The notes under the pieces were generated by a model that was not told where the DNA came from, did no database searches, and worked only from the letters and a program-made list of their open reading frames with translations. The translations under genes and the position numbers were made by a program. Below, piece by piece: positions 24,355-36,402 of a stretch of DNA of 64,000 nucleotides. Each line of letters opens with the position of its first letter. Within the stretch, counting starts at the first letter, position 1. Origin of the DNA: Takakia lepidozioides (Eukaryota; Plantae; Bryophyta); the NCBI GenBank assembly GCA_030704615.1, contig CM060732.1, positions 71,176,001-71,240,000 on the forward strand, written 5' to 3'.

Positions 24355-25010
24355 CTATGTATATTCCCCCAAGTGTAAGAGACTCTTTCCACGTAGCTGA
24401 TGCAAGACCAACATCTTCAATTGGCGGAATGGGTCAGCGGGCAGTCTCACATCCTGCAGCACGTTGAGGGTCCAGGCTGTGGAGCTAAAATGGGTATCCA
24501 GCTTGATGATTCCGGGCCCCAGATCGTTGCTAGGGATGGTTATGATGTCTCCCAAGTCTCCAGGGACACTGAAGAGGGGTATAGACACGAAAATCTCTGT
24601 ACGACATAGATGTAACAATTGTGACTGTTATTGCATAGTGGGCAAGAGAGAGAGATGAACTGAAATGAAATGGTACTTTATAACATCCGGGAGAAGCTCA
24701 AAGAGCTTATGGGACAAGAGGAAGAAAGAAACAAGAAGAGATGGGCCACAAACAGCCTTAAAGCAACTAAAGCTCAAGGGATCGTCTAAGAGCAACGCTT
24801 CATGTAGGTAAGCTGCCAAGCATTTCTTATCCTCGTAGTGGAAGACCTCCGTGAGAGGTTGATCATCCCGGAATAGGTAGACAGTTGAATCTCCCACGGA
24901 TCTCATAGAATAAAGGGCAGTGAAAGAAGAATTGAATTTTTGTTCACTTTCAATTTCCAACGCAAGCGGGGCATAGACGTAGGGTCGCCAAAAAATTAGT
25001 GCTGCCAAAA
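24355..25010 (-). mobile_element. Possible decayed L1 ORF1 fragment
   Basis: Broken ORFs with loosely DUF4283/zinc-knuckle-like character (RCWSC remnant). Weak. Confidence 0.3.
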
Positions 25011-26199
25011 GAAAAGAAAAAACATTGTGTATTCAATTGAAACCTGCATGCAGGAAAACTAGAGCACAATTTTTTTGAAAAATCACTCGTACAAGCTGGT
25101 CAGGTTTATCAACACCTTGCCCTTTCTAGGGCACAGTTAGAGGTTTCTAAACCCCCATGTGATATTGGAATTGTCGGGTTACAGGTCCAAGTCGATCGTC
25201 AAAAACCAATTCATTGGAGTGGGATGTCTGAGAAAGCTCGAGTCGGATATCTGATTGCAGAGTACGTTGGGTCTTAGGTATGTTCTCTCTTCTGTGTGGG
25301 TTGATGTGTGGACAGCATGGAGACAGGATATGAGGAAGAGATATGAGACTTGTTTATCTTGGATACATGATTTATTTAAGTTTCTATTTGTGATTGTCCA
25401 GGCTCAAGATTGACGTGAGGGAGCTAGCAATACAATTTAGTTGCATCAGACTTATAAATGATCGTAAGTTACTCAGATATGAACTACAGTTTAATGGTTT
25501 GAACTCTGACAAATCTATGGTTGAACAATCTGAGCAGCAACTGCATATAGGAATTGGCGAATGTATATTCTCTTTCATCTAAACCATTCTAGTCAGCATC
25601 CATATGTTATTTACTTGATGTCGCAACAATATCTATATGTAATATGCAACGGCACAGGTACAAGCAGCGGTTTGTAGCAGTGTTGCCAGAGTCATGGTGA
25701 ACTAGTGCAGACTTAAGCCATACAGTAATTACAGCTGCTGCTTTCTATATGTGTGCGAAGAAATCCAAGGTCTGCTATTTTGCCATTGATTCCCCATATT
25801 CAAAACTGATTTGTCTATTATTGCAAATGTCTACCACTGGTCATAACCACGTCCAAGATAACGCCACCCAAGTCCATTTTCAGAGCATTGGAAGAGGACA
25901 CTATGTGTGTTATATGCATGGGAGTTTCTGACAAGGAGTATTATGGTTGCCCATAAGCTAAAGCTGGTGGAGATATGCAGCACATCTGATTCTGAATTTG
26001 GAAATGTAGGCCATCAAAATTCTATCTCATATATTTATATATCCCAAAAATTAGATTATTTTAGCCATCCTGCTATCTTGTCATTGTTCGTTGCTGTTGA
26101 CTTGGATTCAATGTCAGGAGATGAACCTGTTTCACATTCATTTGGTTTTCCAAACTTGCACTATGAGTTGTGTGTTTGCATGATGGCTTCTCCCTCAGC

Positions 26200-27068
26200 T
26201 TGCACGTAGGAACATCAATGATGGACCTGTGCTTTGTACATTGGGAGAAAAGGGAACGTGAGGAAACCCTTCACAGCAATATAGAGGGAAGTGTGGAACA
26301 ATTCGGGTTCCAGTTGGCATAAAAAGAAAGCTGTAAACAGTGCTCAATTGTCTCTGGAGTAACAGATTGACAACCACTGCAAGAGCCCACACCATCAGAA
26401 ATGAAAGGGAACACAGGGAGGATGCGATTAGCTAACATCTAGAGGAAACCGGATATTTTTGTTGCTATGTCCTTCCTCCACACATCTGCCCAGATCTCCT
26501 TCCAGGATAGATCAGAGTGGGTGACACGACGCCATTTAGCATTCCATTTAGCAAGCATTAGGGATGGGGGGTTCATGAGAGAGTATCCCATCTTAACAGA
26601 GTAGGGGAAGACAGGTTTATGCTTCTTACTCATCCAAAACCATTCACCAGAGTCGAACTGGAGTAACTTCAAGGAGGCCAGCAGGAACCATCTAAAGCTC
26701 CCAGAATAGAGCACAATGTCCAGCGGTGGAGTAGGGTCCACAATACCCGAGGCCAGACAGAAGACCCTGATAGCATACAAGGGAGCTTCAGGCAATGTAG
26801 TCCAGACAGGTCCATAAAGATTTCCAAGAGAGTCCGCAGTAAACTTCCAACCAGAGAGTAAGGAGCCCGATCTGGAGGTAGCAAATAAGGCAAAAACAGG
26901 TGTACCTATTGCTCCTCCTAGCCATACAGGAAGGGAGGCACAGTTCGAACGTAGGGAGCAGAGGGAGATCCAAGTAGCAGCTATATTCCTTAGTTGTAAA
27001 AATTCTAGCAAGCCAAACCAGTTGGAGGGACATAAAAGAAGCATAAATGACAGACCATCAATCAGCAA
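26200..27068 (-). mobile_element. L1 LINE 3' fragment (zf-RVT region)
   Basis: PYSVKMGYSLM..KWNAKW..WKEIWADVW..TKISGFL, typical of the plant L1 C-terminus. Parallels 3612-3833. Confidence 0.7.
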
Positions 27069-27824
27069 ACCTTTTGGTATTTACACCATCTAATCATCAA
27101 CCCGTAGACGCGAAATAAATCCTCAACACAGTAACCTTCCTTAAGGCCCTCTCCACGATCAAGTTGTTACTCTGCGTAAGGAATGCTCAGGAGTCCCTAC
27201 GGATCCATAATGCTCAACTGGCAACATAGGCCTTTGGACATTATACAGAGTTTGGTGGGAAAAAGTCTGTTGTTATGCAACACATTGCCTGCAACACTAA
27301 GCAACTGTAAGCAACTGTGACAATACAACTTGTTATTAGCCGATGGAGTTTGGGGCATGTTATGCTTCTGAACTGTTCCCCGTGTTGCCCTCGCAATGTG
27401 GTTTTCAAAGTGACCGAGTGCTCTATAATATTCTGTCAATTTTGTCCATGACACTTTGATCCTTTGTATACATGTTCCATCAAGATAAAGATCAATTGTG
27501 CTACTCCGAATTACACGTGGCTAAAATAAAAAATGCCTCTCTTGCTCCAATCCTCCTCCACACTTGCAGACAGGGAGAGTGACGTCTTCCCTTGATATTT
27601 ACACACTAAGATGGAGGACGAAGAACGAGAGCTCCACCAACATGAAATTTTTCCTTGGGACAAACCTCACTTGTTACAGGGAATACTGACCATACCTCCC
27701 GGTTGGGTCACGGTCTTGCATTGGCTGTGTCCCCTGCACCCCACAGCATCACATTTGAAAGGGCTTGACATGGAGAGGGACTGAACTCAAAGCACTCAAG
27801 ATTAGAGACTGGCAATTGCATGTT

Positions 27825-30068
27825 TCACCAGTAATCTCCACAAGAACAAACCCCATCTTGAACGTGATGAAGCGGGTGGCATCCCGCACCACAATTGCTC
27901 GCCCAACAATCTTTGAGATAAACTTGGTGGCTGTGTGGCAGTCACAACACACCCGAAGGTTTTTTATGACACGGATAGTCGTCCCCGGGGGCGTGCTGAT
28001 GACACCAAAAGCAATAGCCAGCTTCTCACTGTGGTGGCAAAGAGGAAGTTGCTTTTGATCATCCTTCAGGTCATGCAATACAAAGCGTGTATCAGCCACG
28101 TACCCAGCCGCCTCTATCAGCCCAGACAATCTCCTCAGCTCAGAGTAGATTTCCTCAGTTTGTGGATGCAATTTTTCGTCCACAAAAAATTTATGCACCA
28201 ATTTTTGGACCTCAATGCAGCTGTGTCCTGGCTCCTTTCTGACACCTTTCCTCCATTGTTTTTCTCACCATCGCTTGTTCGTCCCACATGCCAGCTGCAG
28301 CATAGATGTTTGAAAGCAGCACATAAGCAGCCGGGTCCTGTGGATCCAGAATGGCAATGCATTTTGCGGCACGCTCTGCTGGCTCCACAGTGCCGTGAAT
28401 TCTGCTGGCACCCAGCAGCGCCCCCCACACCCCAGCATCCGGTTCGATTGGCATATTGTTGATGAAGTCCTCAGCCTCATTCAATCGCCCTGCACGGCCA
28501 AGAAGGTCTACCATGCAGCAAAAATGTTCCACTGTAGGTATGAGATCATGGTCTCGACTCATGGACTCAAAATAATGACGGCCTTCATCCACTAGGCCTA
28601 AATGGCTACATGCAAAGAGAAGAGATACAAATGTTATACTGTTTGGCTTCATGCCTTCCAGTTGCATTTGCTCATATAGTTGGATGGCATCCCTACCACA
28701 CCCATGCTGGGCATATCCTGCAATCATCCCACTCCATGAGACCACATCTCGTTTGGCCATACTACCAAACACTTGCTGCGCATCCCTTATGCTCCCACAT
28801 TTGGCATAGAAGTCAACAAGTGCATTTTCCAAATTAACACACGTGGCAATTCTAGATGCAATTACATCACAATGGACCTTTTTCCCCTTTTCCAGAGCTC
28901 CTAGGCTGGCACACACGTTGAGAATGCAGATGAAGGTGACATTGTCAGGTGCTACCTCCTCCCCTTGCATTTGCTCATAGATCTTCAAAGCCTCCTTACC
29001 ACACCCACACTGGGCATATCCTGCAATCATGGCATTCCATGAGACCACATTGCGATCAGCCATGGTGTCAAACACTTTACGTGCGTCCTTTACACTTCTG
29101 CATTTGGCATACATGTCAACAACAGTCGTCTCCAACATAATATCTGATGCGATTCCATCTTCAATGATGTCAGCATGGACTTGCTTGCCCTTTTCGAGGG
29201 CTCCTAGTGTGGCACACACATTAAGAATGCAAATGAACATGACCCTGTCTGGCATCACACGCTCCCATCGCATTTGCTCATAGATTCTGAAAGCCTCCTC
29301 AGCATGCCCATGCTTGGCATATCCTACCATCAAGGCTTTCCATGAGACCAAATCTCGAACAGCCATATTGTTGAACACTTGACGAGCATTCTTTAAGCTC
29401 CCACATCTGGCATACATATCAAATAGGGAAGTCTCCAAAATAATATCCAATGGGATTCCGGATTTGATGATGTCAACATGGACTCTCTTGCCCTTTTCTA
29501 GGGATCCTAGACTAGCACAAGCTTTGAGAACACAAATGAACGTAACCCTGTCCGGCATCACCCTTGCCCACTGCATTTGCTGGTAGATTTGGAAGGCCTC
29601 CTTAGCAAACCCACACTTGGCATATCCTGCCATCATCATAGTCCATGTAAACATATCTCGTTCAGGCATCTTATCAAAGACTTGGCATGCATCCTCCATG
29701 CTCCCGCACTTGGCATACATGTTGAGAAGGGTATTGAGTAGGAAGATGTTTGGCTTGAATCCACTTTGGATCATGTGGGCATGCACCTGCTTTCCTTCTG
29801 CCAGGTCTTTCACGTTGATGCATTCCTGTAAGAGACAAACATAAGTCTTGGAGTCTACCCGAATGTATTGCTGATCCAAAATCTGCTGTGCCTCTTTCAG
29901 TCGTCCTGCCTTACATAATGTCCTCACGGCATTCCCACCTCTGCCAGAAGACTTTTTGTTGACTGCCACTCTTGCTCCTCTATATAAAGCAGTGGTGATG
30001 ATGGAGATGCTACTTCTACCACCAGTCTGATGCCCAACAGACAACAGTCCCCGATCCAACCCTGCCAT
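27825..30068 (-). CDS. PLS-class PPR protein with E1/E2 and DYW deaminase domain (C-to-U editing factor); two frameshifts in the C-terminal part (pseudogene, truncated allele or assembly error)
   Basis: ORF 28212-30068 has ~14 P/L/S motifs plus E ([19 protein letters not shown]). Shifted frame gives [13 protein letters not shown] (PG box)..[17 protein letters not shown] third frame gives [13 protein letters not shown]-stop. Confidence 0.92.
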
Positions 30069-31046
30069 TCTGCATGACTGAAAACTATGAGTTACACACC
30101 TGTTAACATCAACTCACAGTATATACACCGAAGCTCCTAGATGTGCAAAGAAACATGAGGACAGTTTTTTCACTACATGTTAACAGGACTGCAAAACCAT
30201 TGTAGTCATGTACAATAAGAAGAAAGAGTTACAAATTCTTGCCTATTTTGAGTTGATACCTTAAATGATCATCAAATAGCTGGGAGAATGTTGATACCTC
30301 TAATGATCATGAAACAGCTGCCACACAATTTGTGTGCGTGCTGTATAATCTATTATGTAACTTGCCACTAACCCCTCAATGGTGTCCTCTCAGGACAAGA
30401 CTAGGGCAAGGTAAGCAGGGTATCATGTCCTGCATGAAGAATCACACCACAGGTCAATCACATTGAAGCCTGGCCTCATAAGAATTCACATTTGAGATGC
30501 AACTGAAGTTACACACATTATGCTCATGGCACACTTGCAATGAGAGAGACACAAAGGATCCATGGTCGGTGTTACCTATCAAATACATGTAAATTAAATC
30601 CCCAAGGTCCCTTTTAAAGGGCTACTAGAAATCCAAATCATAAATGGGATGCAAATTCATGTCAACTTGGTCTGCTTTCAGCTGTGGCCTTCAGGTGAAA
30701 AGCTGTGCTAAGCACCAGTAGTCCTCACAGGGTAAGGCCTACCCTGACCCTCCCATAGGACCCATGGACCCGTAGATGTTATAATTCTCATGAACCTCGT
30801 CATTTGAGCAGTCCGTGAGATTGAATCGGGAGAGAAAACCAACGCTGTTGTGCGAATGCTGCAGAGGACAAATTGTTCATGGGGAAGTACTCATCACCGT
30901 GAAAATTCTGTTCCATACGGCAAGTTCCAAGCTTGTCAAACGGCTACCTAGCTGTAACATTTAGCCACACAGCTAATCTATCCCTAAATAAATAACCCTA
31001 GCTGTATGTGTGAATCAGGCCTAAGCACGGGAGAAGCTCCATGAGG

Positions 31047-32846
31047 CTACTTGTTGGAACGTTTGAAATTTGAAAAAAAACCTCCCAGCTTCTTATCCTT
31101 CCGCTTGATGTCATTGTCAATCTCTTCCCCCGCCTCTTTTAAAAAATCCTGAAGTAGTATAGTGATCTCTGAGAACTCAGGGCGTCCTGATGGATTCGTT
31201 TTCCAGCAGCGTTGCAGCAGGTCTGCAAGCTTAACCGGAGTATTTTTAGGTATAGATGGTCGCAAACCCTTCTGCACAACACCCACTGCAGCTTGAAGAG
31301 GAGTCAAGTCAGTATATGGAACCTTTCCAGTCAAAAGCTCCCAGAGCACAACACCATAGCTGAACACGTCTGCTTTACTATCATATGCCTTGTGCTCAAT
31401 AACCTCTGGAGCCATCCAACGATATGTGCCTGTCTCTGCTGTCATGATGCCAGTCTGGGCTTGAACTCTTGCTACACCAAAATCAGCCACCTTCACAACC
31501 TCATTCTCATCCATGAGGAGGTTGGCAGCCTTGAGATCACGATGAACAATTTTGTTCTGGTGGAGGTAATCCATACCCTTGGAAATGTCAATGGCCACCC
31601 GCAACAGCATTGGGAGTTTTAGCACGGCCTTCTGCTTGTGAAGGTAGTCATACACACTCCCACCCAACATGTACTCTGTCACAATGCACAGATTGGGCGG
31701 TTTGGTGCAAGCACCGATAAATTGCACCACATTTTTATGTCGAACTTTCCTCATAATGGAGACTTCTTGCTCAAATTCACGCTGTAAATTCTCGTTCAAA
31801 CGCTCTGGTTTCAAAATTTTGATGGCTACATCCTGTCCGCAATATGTGCCCCGGTACAAGTCCCCGAATGAGCCGGTGGCCACTTTTTGGTTGAACTTCA
31901 GTTGGGTGCTGTCAATCTCCCAGTCATCTACGCTGCTTGAGGGTATTGGGGAGGCGACCTCCGTCTTAGGTTGCAACGGGGCCACAGAAAGTGGGGGGGA
32001 ATCGGATGGAGCGGACGTCTTCGCCCACGCTCCTTTCTCCATAGCTGCCAGGGCACCGTACAGAGCACGCCGCAAGTCTTGAGTATCCTCCGTTGGCCAT
32101 CCATCAACCACAAAGACATCGAGGGAGTAACCGTCCACAGTCGAGAACACATGGGCTTCACGGATATTGAGCCCTACATCTGCCAGCAAGGCCGACATCT
32201 GACTGAGCAGCTTCGGCTTATCAATAGTAGAGAAAGTGACTTCATGCATGGGCAAGTGCGGATAGGTCGGACTGTGTGAGTGGTTGCTTTTCTCTGTGTC
32301 TTCAGAGATAGGAGACGCCTTGTTGTTGAAGTCTAAAGCTAAGGCCTCCAAATTGGGTGAGGATCCGAAGGCCGGGGGCGGATGCCCCTGTTTCCTTGAT
32401 GACGGATGCCCAGGAGACTCATCCTGTCTGAGAGGGAGATCAATGGCAGACGCCACCACACTCTCTACAGGAAGTACATGCACTGCGCGTACATGGAAAG
32501 CTGGCTGGTTCTCAAGCACCTTTGCCTCATCCAACAAAATTTTATGTATCAGAACATCTTCCGCCCTGTCTGTGTTCACATCTAGCGCATACCTGGTAGA
32601 AAGGCGATTGAAATGCGCTTGAAGCTCCTCTGCGAACCCAGGCTTCTCCACCACCTGATTCCCACCCTCTTTCAGCTGCTGCAATACCTCCGCACACATT
32701 TCCTTCTTCTTCTGCTGCCTCTGCTGCGTAGGCGATGCACTCCCCCTCTTCACCACCTTGTCCGCATCCGATTCCTCCATCTCTACACACAAACGCTGCG
32801 CCTCGAGCACGCCCTGCACCAACGAGACCTGCGAGTCCTGCGACAC
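31047..32846 (-). CDS. STY46: ACT-domain Raf-like (group C) Ser/Thr/Tyr protein kinase, STY8/STY17/STY46 family; single exon
   Basis: 599-aa open ORF: HFNRLSTRYALDVN..AEDVL, ACT domain (HEVTFSTIDKPKLLSQ..LNIREAHVFST), kinase DWEID, GSFG, VAIK, HRDLKAAN, DFG, TAETGTYRWMAPE. Confidence 0.96.
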   Translation of the reverse strand: MSQDSQVSLVQGVLEAQRLCVEMEESDADKVVKRGSASPTQQRQQKKKEMCAEVLQQLKEGGNQVVEKPGFAEELQAHFNRLSTRYALDVNTDRAEDVLIHKILLDEAKVLENQPAFHVRAVHVLPVESVVASAIDLPLRQDESPGHPSSRKQGHPPPAFGSSPNLEALALDFNNKASPISEDTEKSNHSHSPTYPHLPMHEVTFSTIDKPKLLSQMSALLADVGLNIREAHVFSTVDGYSLDVFVVDGWPTEDTQDLRRALYGALAAMEKGAWAKTSAPSDSPPLSVAPLQPKTEVASPIPSSSVDDWEIDSTQLKFNQKVATGSFGDLYRGTYCGQDVAIKILKPERLNENLQREFEQEVSIMRKVRHKNVVQFIGACTKPPNLCIVTEYMLGGSVYDYLHKQKAVLKLPMLLRVAIDISKGMDYLHQNKIVHRDLKAANLLMDENEVVKVADFGVARVQAQTGIMTAETGTYRWMAPEVIEHKAYDSKADVFSYGVVLWELLTGKVPYTDLTPLQAAVGVVQKGLRPSIPKNTPVKLADLLQRCWKTNPSGRPEFSEITILLQDFLKEAGEEIDNDIKRKDKKLGGFFSNFKRSNK

Positions 32847-33087
32847 TACCTCTCTTTGCCTTTGCCCTGCTCGACTGCCACGTCAACCGACACGGCTAAA
32901 CCCCAGGGAGTATAGCCAGCATATCCGCCAGTACTTATGGAGATGTGCGGTTTCGCTGCGCTGCGGACGGTCGGTGTTTCTGCGCCGAATTATGATTCGT
33001 CATTAGTTAGTATTATCTTTTTATTTGTTGGTTGCGTTGAGTCAGTGGATAAGTTCCTTCAACCATTTTTCGTTGCCATAATAATAT

Positions 33088-33354
33088 CAGTGTTTTTTCT
33101 AAGAAATTGGGAAACAGCACGAGTGGCTAAAGAGTTTTGCAAAAAATAGAGGTACGTTCTGTTCATCCACTTAATTTCCATTTGTGTACTACAATTTATA
33201 TATCATCCATGTTTGGCGAATTCATGCGTAATTTATTTTTTTATTTGGAGAAATTTGGCGATTTCATCCATGAAAAGCCAGGGAATTTGCGACAGAATAT
33301 TTGATTTGTTTTTTGAGGTCGAAAATTCGCCAATTTTGAAAAAAAAAAACGCTG
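33088..33354. mobile_element. hAT-like MITE upstream of the kinase
   Basis: Termini CAGTGTTTTTT..AAAAAACGCTG and internal TTGGCGAATT/AATTCGCCAA motifs. The putative 8-bp TSD matches at only 5/8. Confidence 0.5.
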
Positions 33355-35980
33355 AGCCATATCACCTTTCGATTTTGTTTTCTTTAAAATTATGTTAATT
33401 TTAATTAAATATAAATTTACCCCGTTATATTCTGTATTTAGGTTCGGATGTTATATCAACGAAAGAGATCACTCTCAAGCAAACATGTTTTTTATTTTTA
33501 GTCATGTGTACGTGGGCATTAGGTACCTGGACGCATATCCATATGCCTGTGTATCTGAGAATATTACATAGAATATTCCTTCGCCAAGTCTCCTCTGTCT
33601 TAGTTTTGAGTTTAAATATTTATTTACACATTAAAATACCAGTGTTTGAACGGGTCTTTTACACGGATATACCCCAGGGGTAAATCCGGGTATAGAACCT
33701 GATGTAGCAGATTTTGGGACCCAGATGTATACCCTTATGTTAGAGTACATCTTTATGATGTACCCTCCATCTATACTTGTCCTACATGAGTGGGTTTTAA
33801 TATACCCTGTTAAATCCACGGTATGTATGCCGGATAAATAGCGATCAGGGTAGAAGTAATGGTGACATCATAATTTCTTTTTCCTTGAAGCTTTACCATA
33901 ATTAAAATTTCTTGATTATGATCTAACTATTATCAGAATTATAATATTATTGCATATCTGTTGATAGTATACAATAGCGATTTTTTCAGTTTTAATACTC
34001 TAATAATATATTTGATTCCACTGAACTATAACCTGATTTATCCAATCCTCAATAAATTCTGACATAGTTGTGTATTGTATGAAACCAATAATAAATCTTA
34101 ATGCATTTTATCCGGACCTGTAGCCTGAGGGTAAGCTAACCCTTGCTGCCTATGTCGAGACATCTGTATCACGATCCATCAAAACATAAAGCAAAGCAAA
34201 CAAGGAAAAACGCCGTTAACCTAGAAGCAAGAAAGACAAAACCCTAGCTTCACACTAAACCCTAGGTGAACGTAAATAAATGAAGCGAAAGCGACAGAGG
34301 TTTAAATTCGACACACCAACCTTTCTGAGCAGAGCAGCAAGAAATTCTTCGCAAGCAACACTCACTCACTGACAAGCGCCTGCAAGGGTTCTGATCACGA
34401 ACTGGAGTATGAACAAATGAAAAAAAACCCCCCCAATGGCACAGAACAAACCAACAAACTTATTAGGCACATCATCAAGTGGGAGGAACAACCTTCCGAC
34501 AAGTGCGGATCAAACATGACTCAATGATAAAACAACCTTATGTAAAGTAAAAATATTTGTTGGATTTTATTCAATATGAGAAATAGGTAGTATAACTTTT
34601 CAAAGGTATATTGACACGTTTAGATTGAACAATAGATTGATATGAATGACCTTATGCTTCTTTCATCCTCCTAAAGCTCATTTTACATGCATGTTACACT
34701 AACACTACCTAAACTCATCCTCCATGAAACAAAGCTCCACTCCAAAATCTCTCAACAATCACTGCCATGTGAGTAACATCAACTGATCATGAAGATAACT
34801 ATGTAGGGTTGGATTGGGGAGGGTGGGCTGACGGCCCTACAGGAAAAGCGTCCCAAGTGTTGATTGCATTGACGAGCTAGACCAAGGCATGGAGTGGGGT
34901 GGCCCAAGAGGTGTGCCCCAACGTGTGGGCCCAGGCGGGGCGTCAGTGGGCACCGAGGAGCCACAATCATTACGACGTGGCGACCAAAAATTCGCAAGCA
35001 AGGCAGGCGCATTAGTGGATGTTGCCCGGCTGCAGCTTGTTCCAGTGTAAATACCATCATGAAGGTAATTTGATACAATATGTCTATAGTGGTAATGTTG
35101 GCACCATAGATAAATTATTAAAATACATATATATTATCCTGCGTTATTTTAATTTTTCTGAGCCCTTAAGGGCCCAAAAGACCCGGTTTTGAGTTTTGAT
35201 GAAGTAGATTTTTCTATGTACTTTTGCAGATTTTAATATTTTTGAATGGTTCCAGCTACATGTACATCGCTGATAACATGGCCCACCTTCTCACATTGAA
35301 ACTAGTAAATTTTCCCGAATTCTCCGACCTATGATTTTCTTAAGAAACGCAAGGGTCATGAAATTGGACCATGCAGGAGGGGCCATGTATAGTTGTCTGT
35401 GTATATGTAGCGAGACATAATTGGCCCATAGTTGGGCTCACTCTGGTGGTCACTCTTGTAGATTCTACCTTTGGATCTAGAGTTTGTTTTTACCAGGCTT
35501 ACTATTGTAGTGCATTCCACACCCTCACCAGAGGGATTGCATCCCATCAATGGATCATTTTTCTTGTAATGGGCTCATCTTGAATTGCCTATGGAAGGCA
35601 ATGCGGTGAAATTCATCATACAATTAGAGAGATTTTAATGTTTTAGTAGGGTTTTGGGATTTTGCAAAGTATGAAATTTGAGCTTTGACCAAGCTATTTG
35701 AGTGAAGGGTTGCTTTCTTGCTTTTGCCTGCCACATAGAAATGTGGTATGGTATCCTAGCCAACTATTGTGATTTTTTTTTTAAATTAAGGTCCTTCGTA
35801 TGTGTTTGAGGGGGGGGTCAAAATGACTAGCTCAAAATTGCCACATGTGCATCCAGCAGTGCCACATGGATCAATTTAATACTTTAATATTTGACGCCTC
35901 CCCAAGGAAGCGTAAATTATGGTGTCTCTTCCCAGGAAGGGTTACTGCCTGCCGCTAGGAAGGTGGACACCTTTGTGACA

Positions 35981-36056
35981 CCAATAGATGGATTGAACCC
36001 ACAACCACTTCTGAGGTGATATGTGCCCATTACCACTGGGCTACAACTTGGTTGTC
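35981..36056 (-). mobile_element. tRNA-derived SINE head, copy 2
   Basis: Reverse complement GACAACCAAGTTGTAGCCCAGTGGTAATGGGCACAT..GGGTTCAATCCA, closely matching 22900-22976. Confidence 0.7.
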
Positions 36057-36402
36057 CACATGGATCATTGAGAGGCCACTTCTCCACTTGGAGGTTCTTG
36101 TACAGTCACCTCATTTGGGTCTTCTATAAAGCTTTTCAGAGACTTGGTCTCAAGGAACCTGAAACCGAGAGGCCCCTTCCAACTTTTGGAAGATCCTCGT
36201 CGCAGAATTGAGCAATTGACAAGTATAGAGTTCCACTGTCCGTAATTCTGGATGTAACGCAAGTGTCTCGCAAAGCACACGGATGCGGAAGAGCCAAACA
36301 GCGGTGGCTGCTCATATACGACGATCTCTGTGGGTAGAGAGGTGAATTAAACTGGTGGGGCTCAATCTCTGACTGTAAGACAAAGCCACAATATCTGCCA
36401 CC

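Noticed and set aside
30069-31046. Possible STY-PPR dicistronic transcript
   Set aside because: The genes are close and co-oriented, but the sequence alone gives no evidence of read-through.
31212-32915. + strand ORFs over the kinase (likewise over the PPR and transposases)
   Set aside because: Antisense shadows of real coding sequence.
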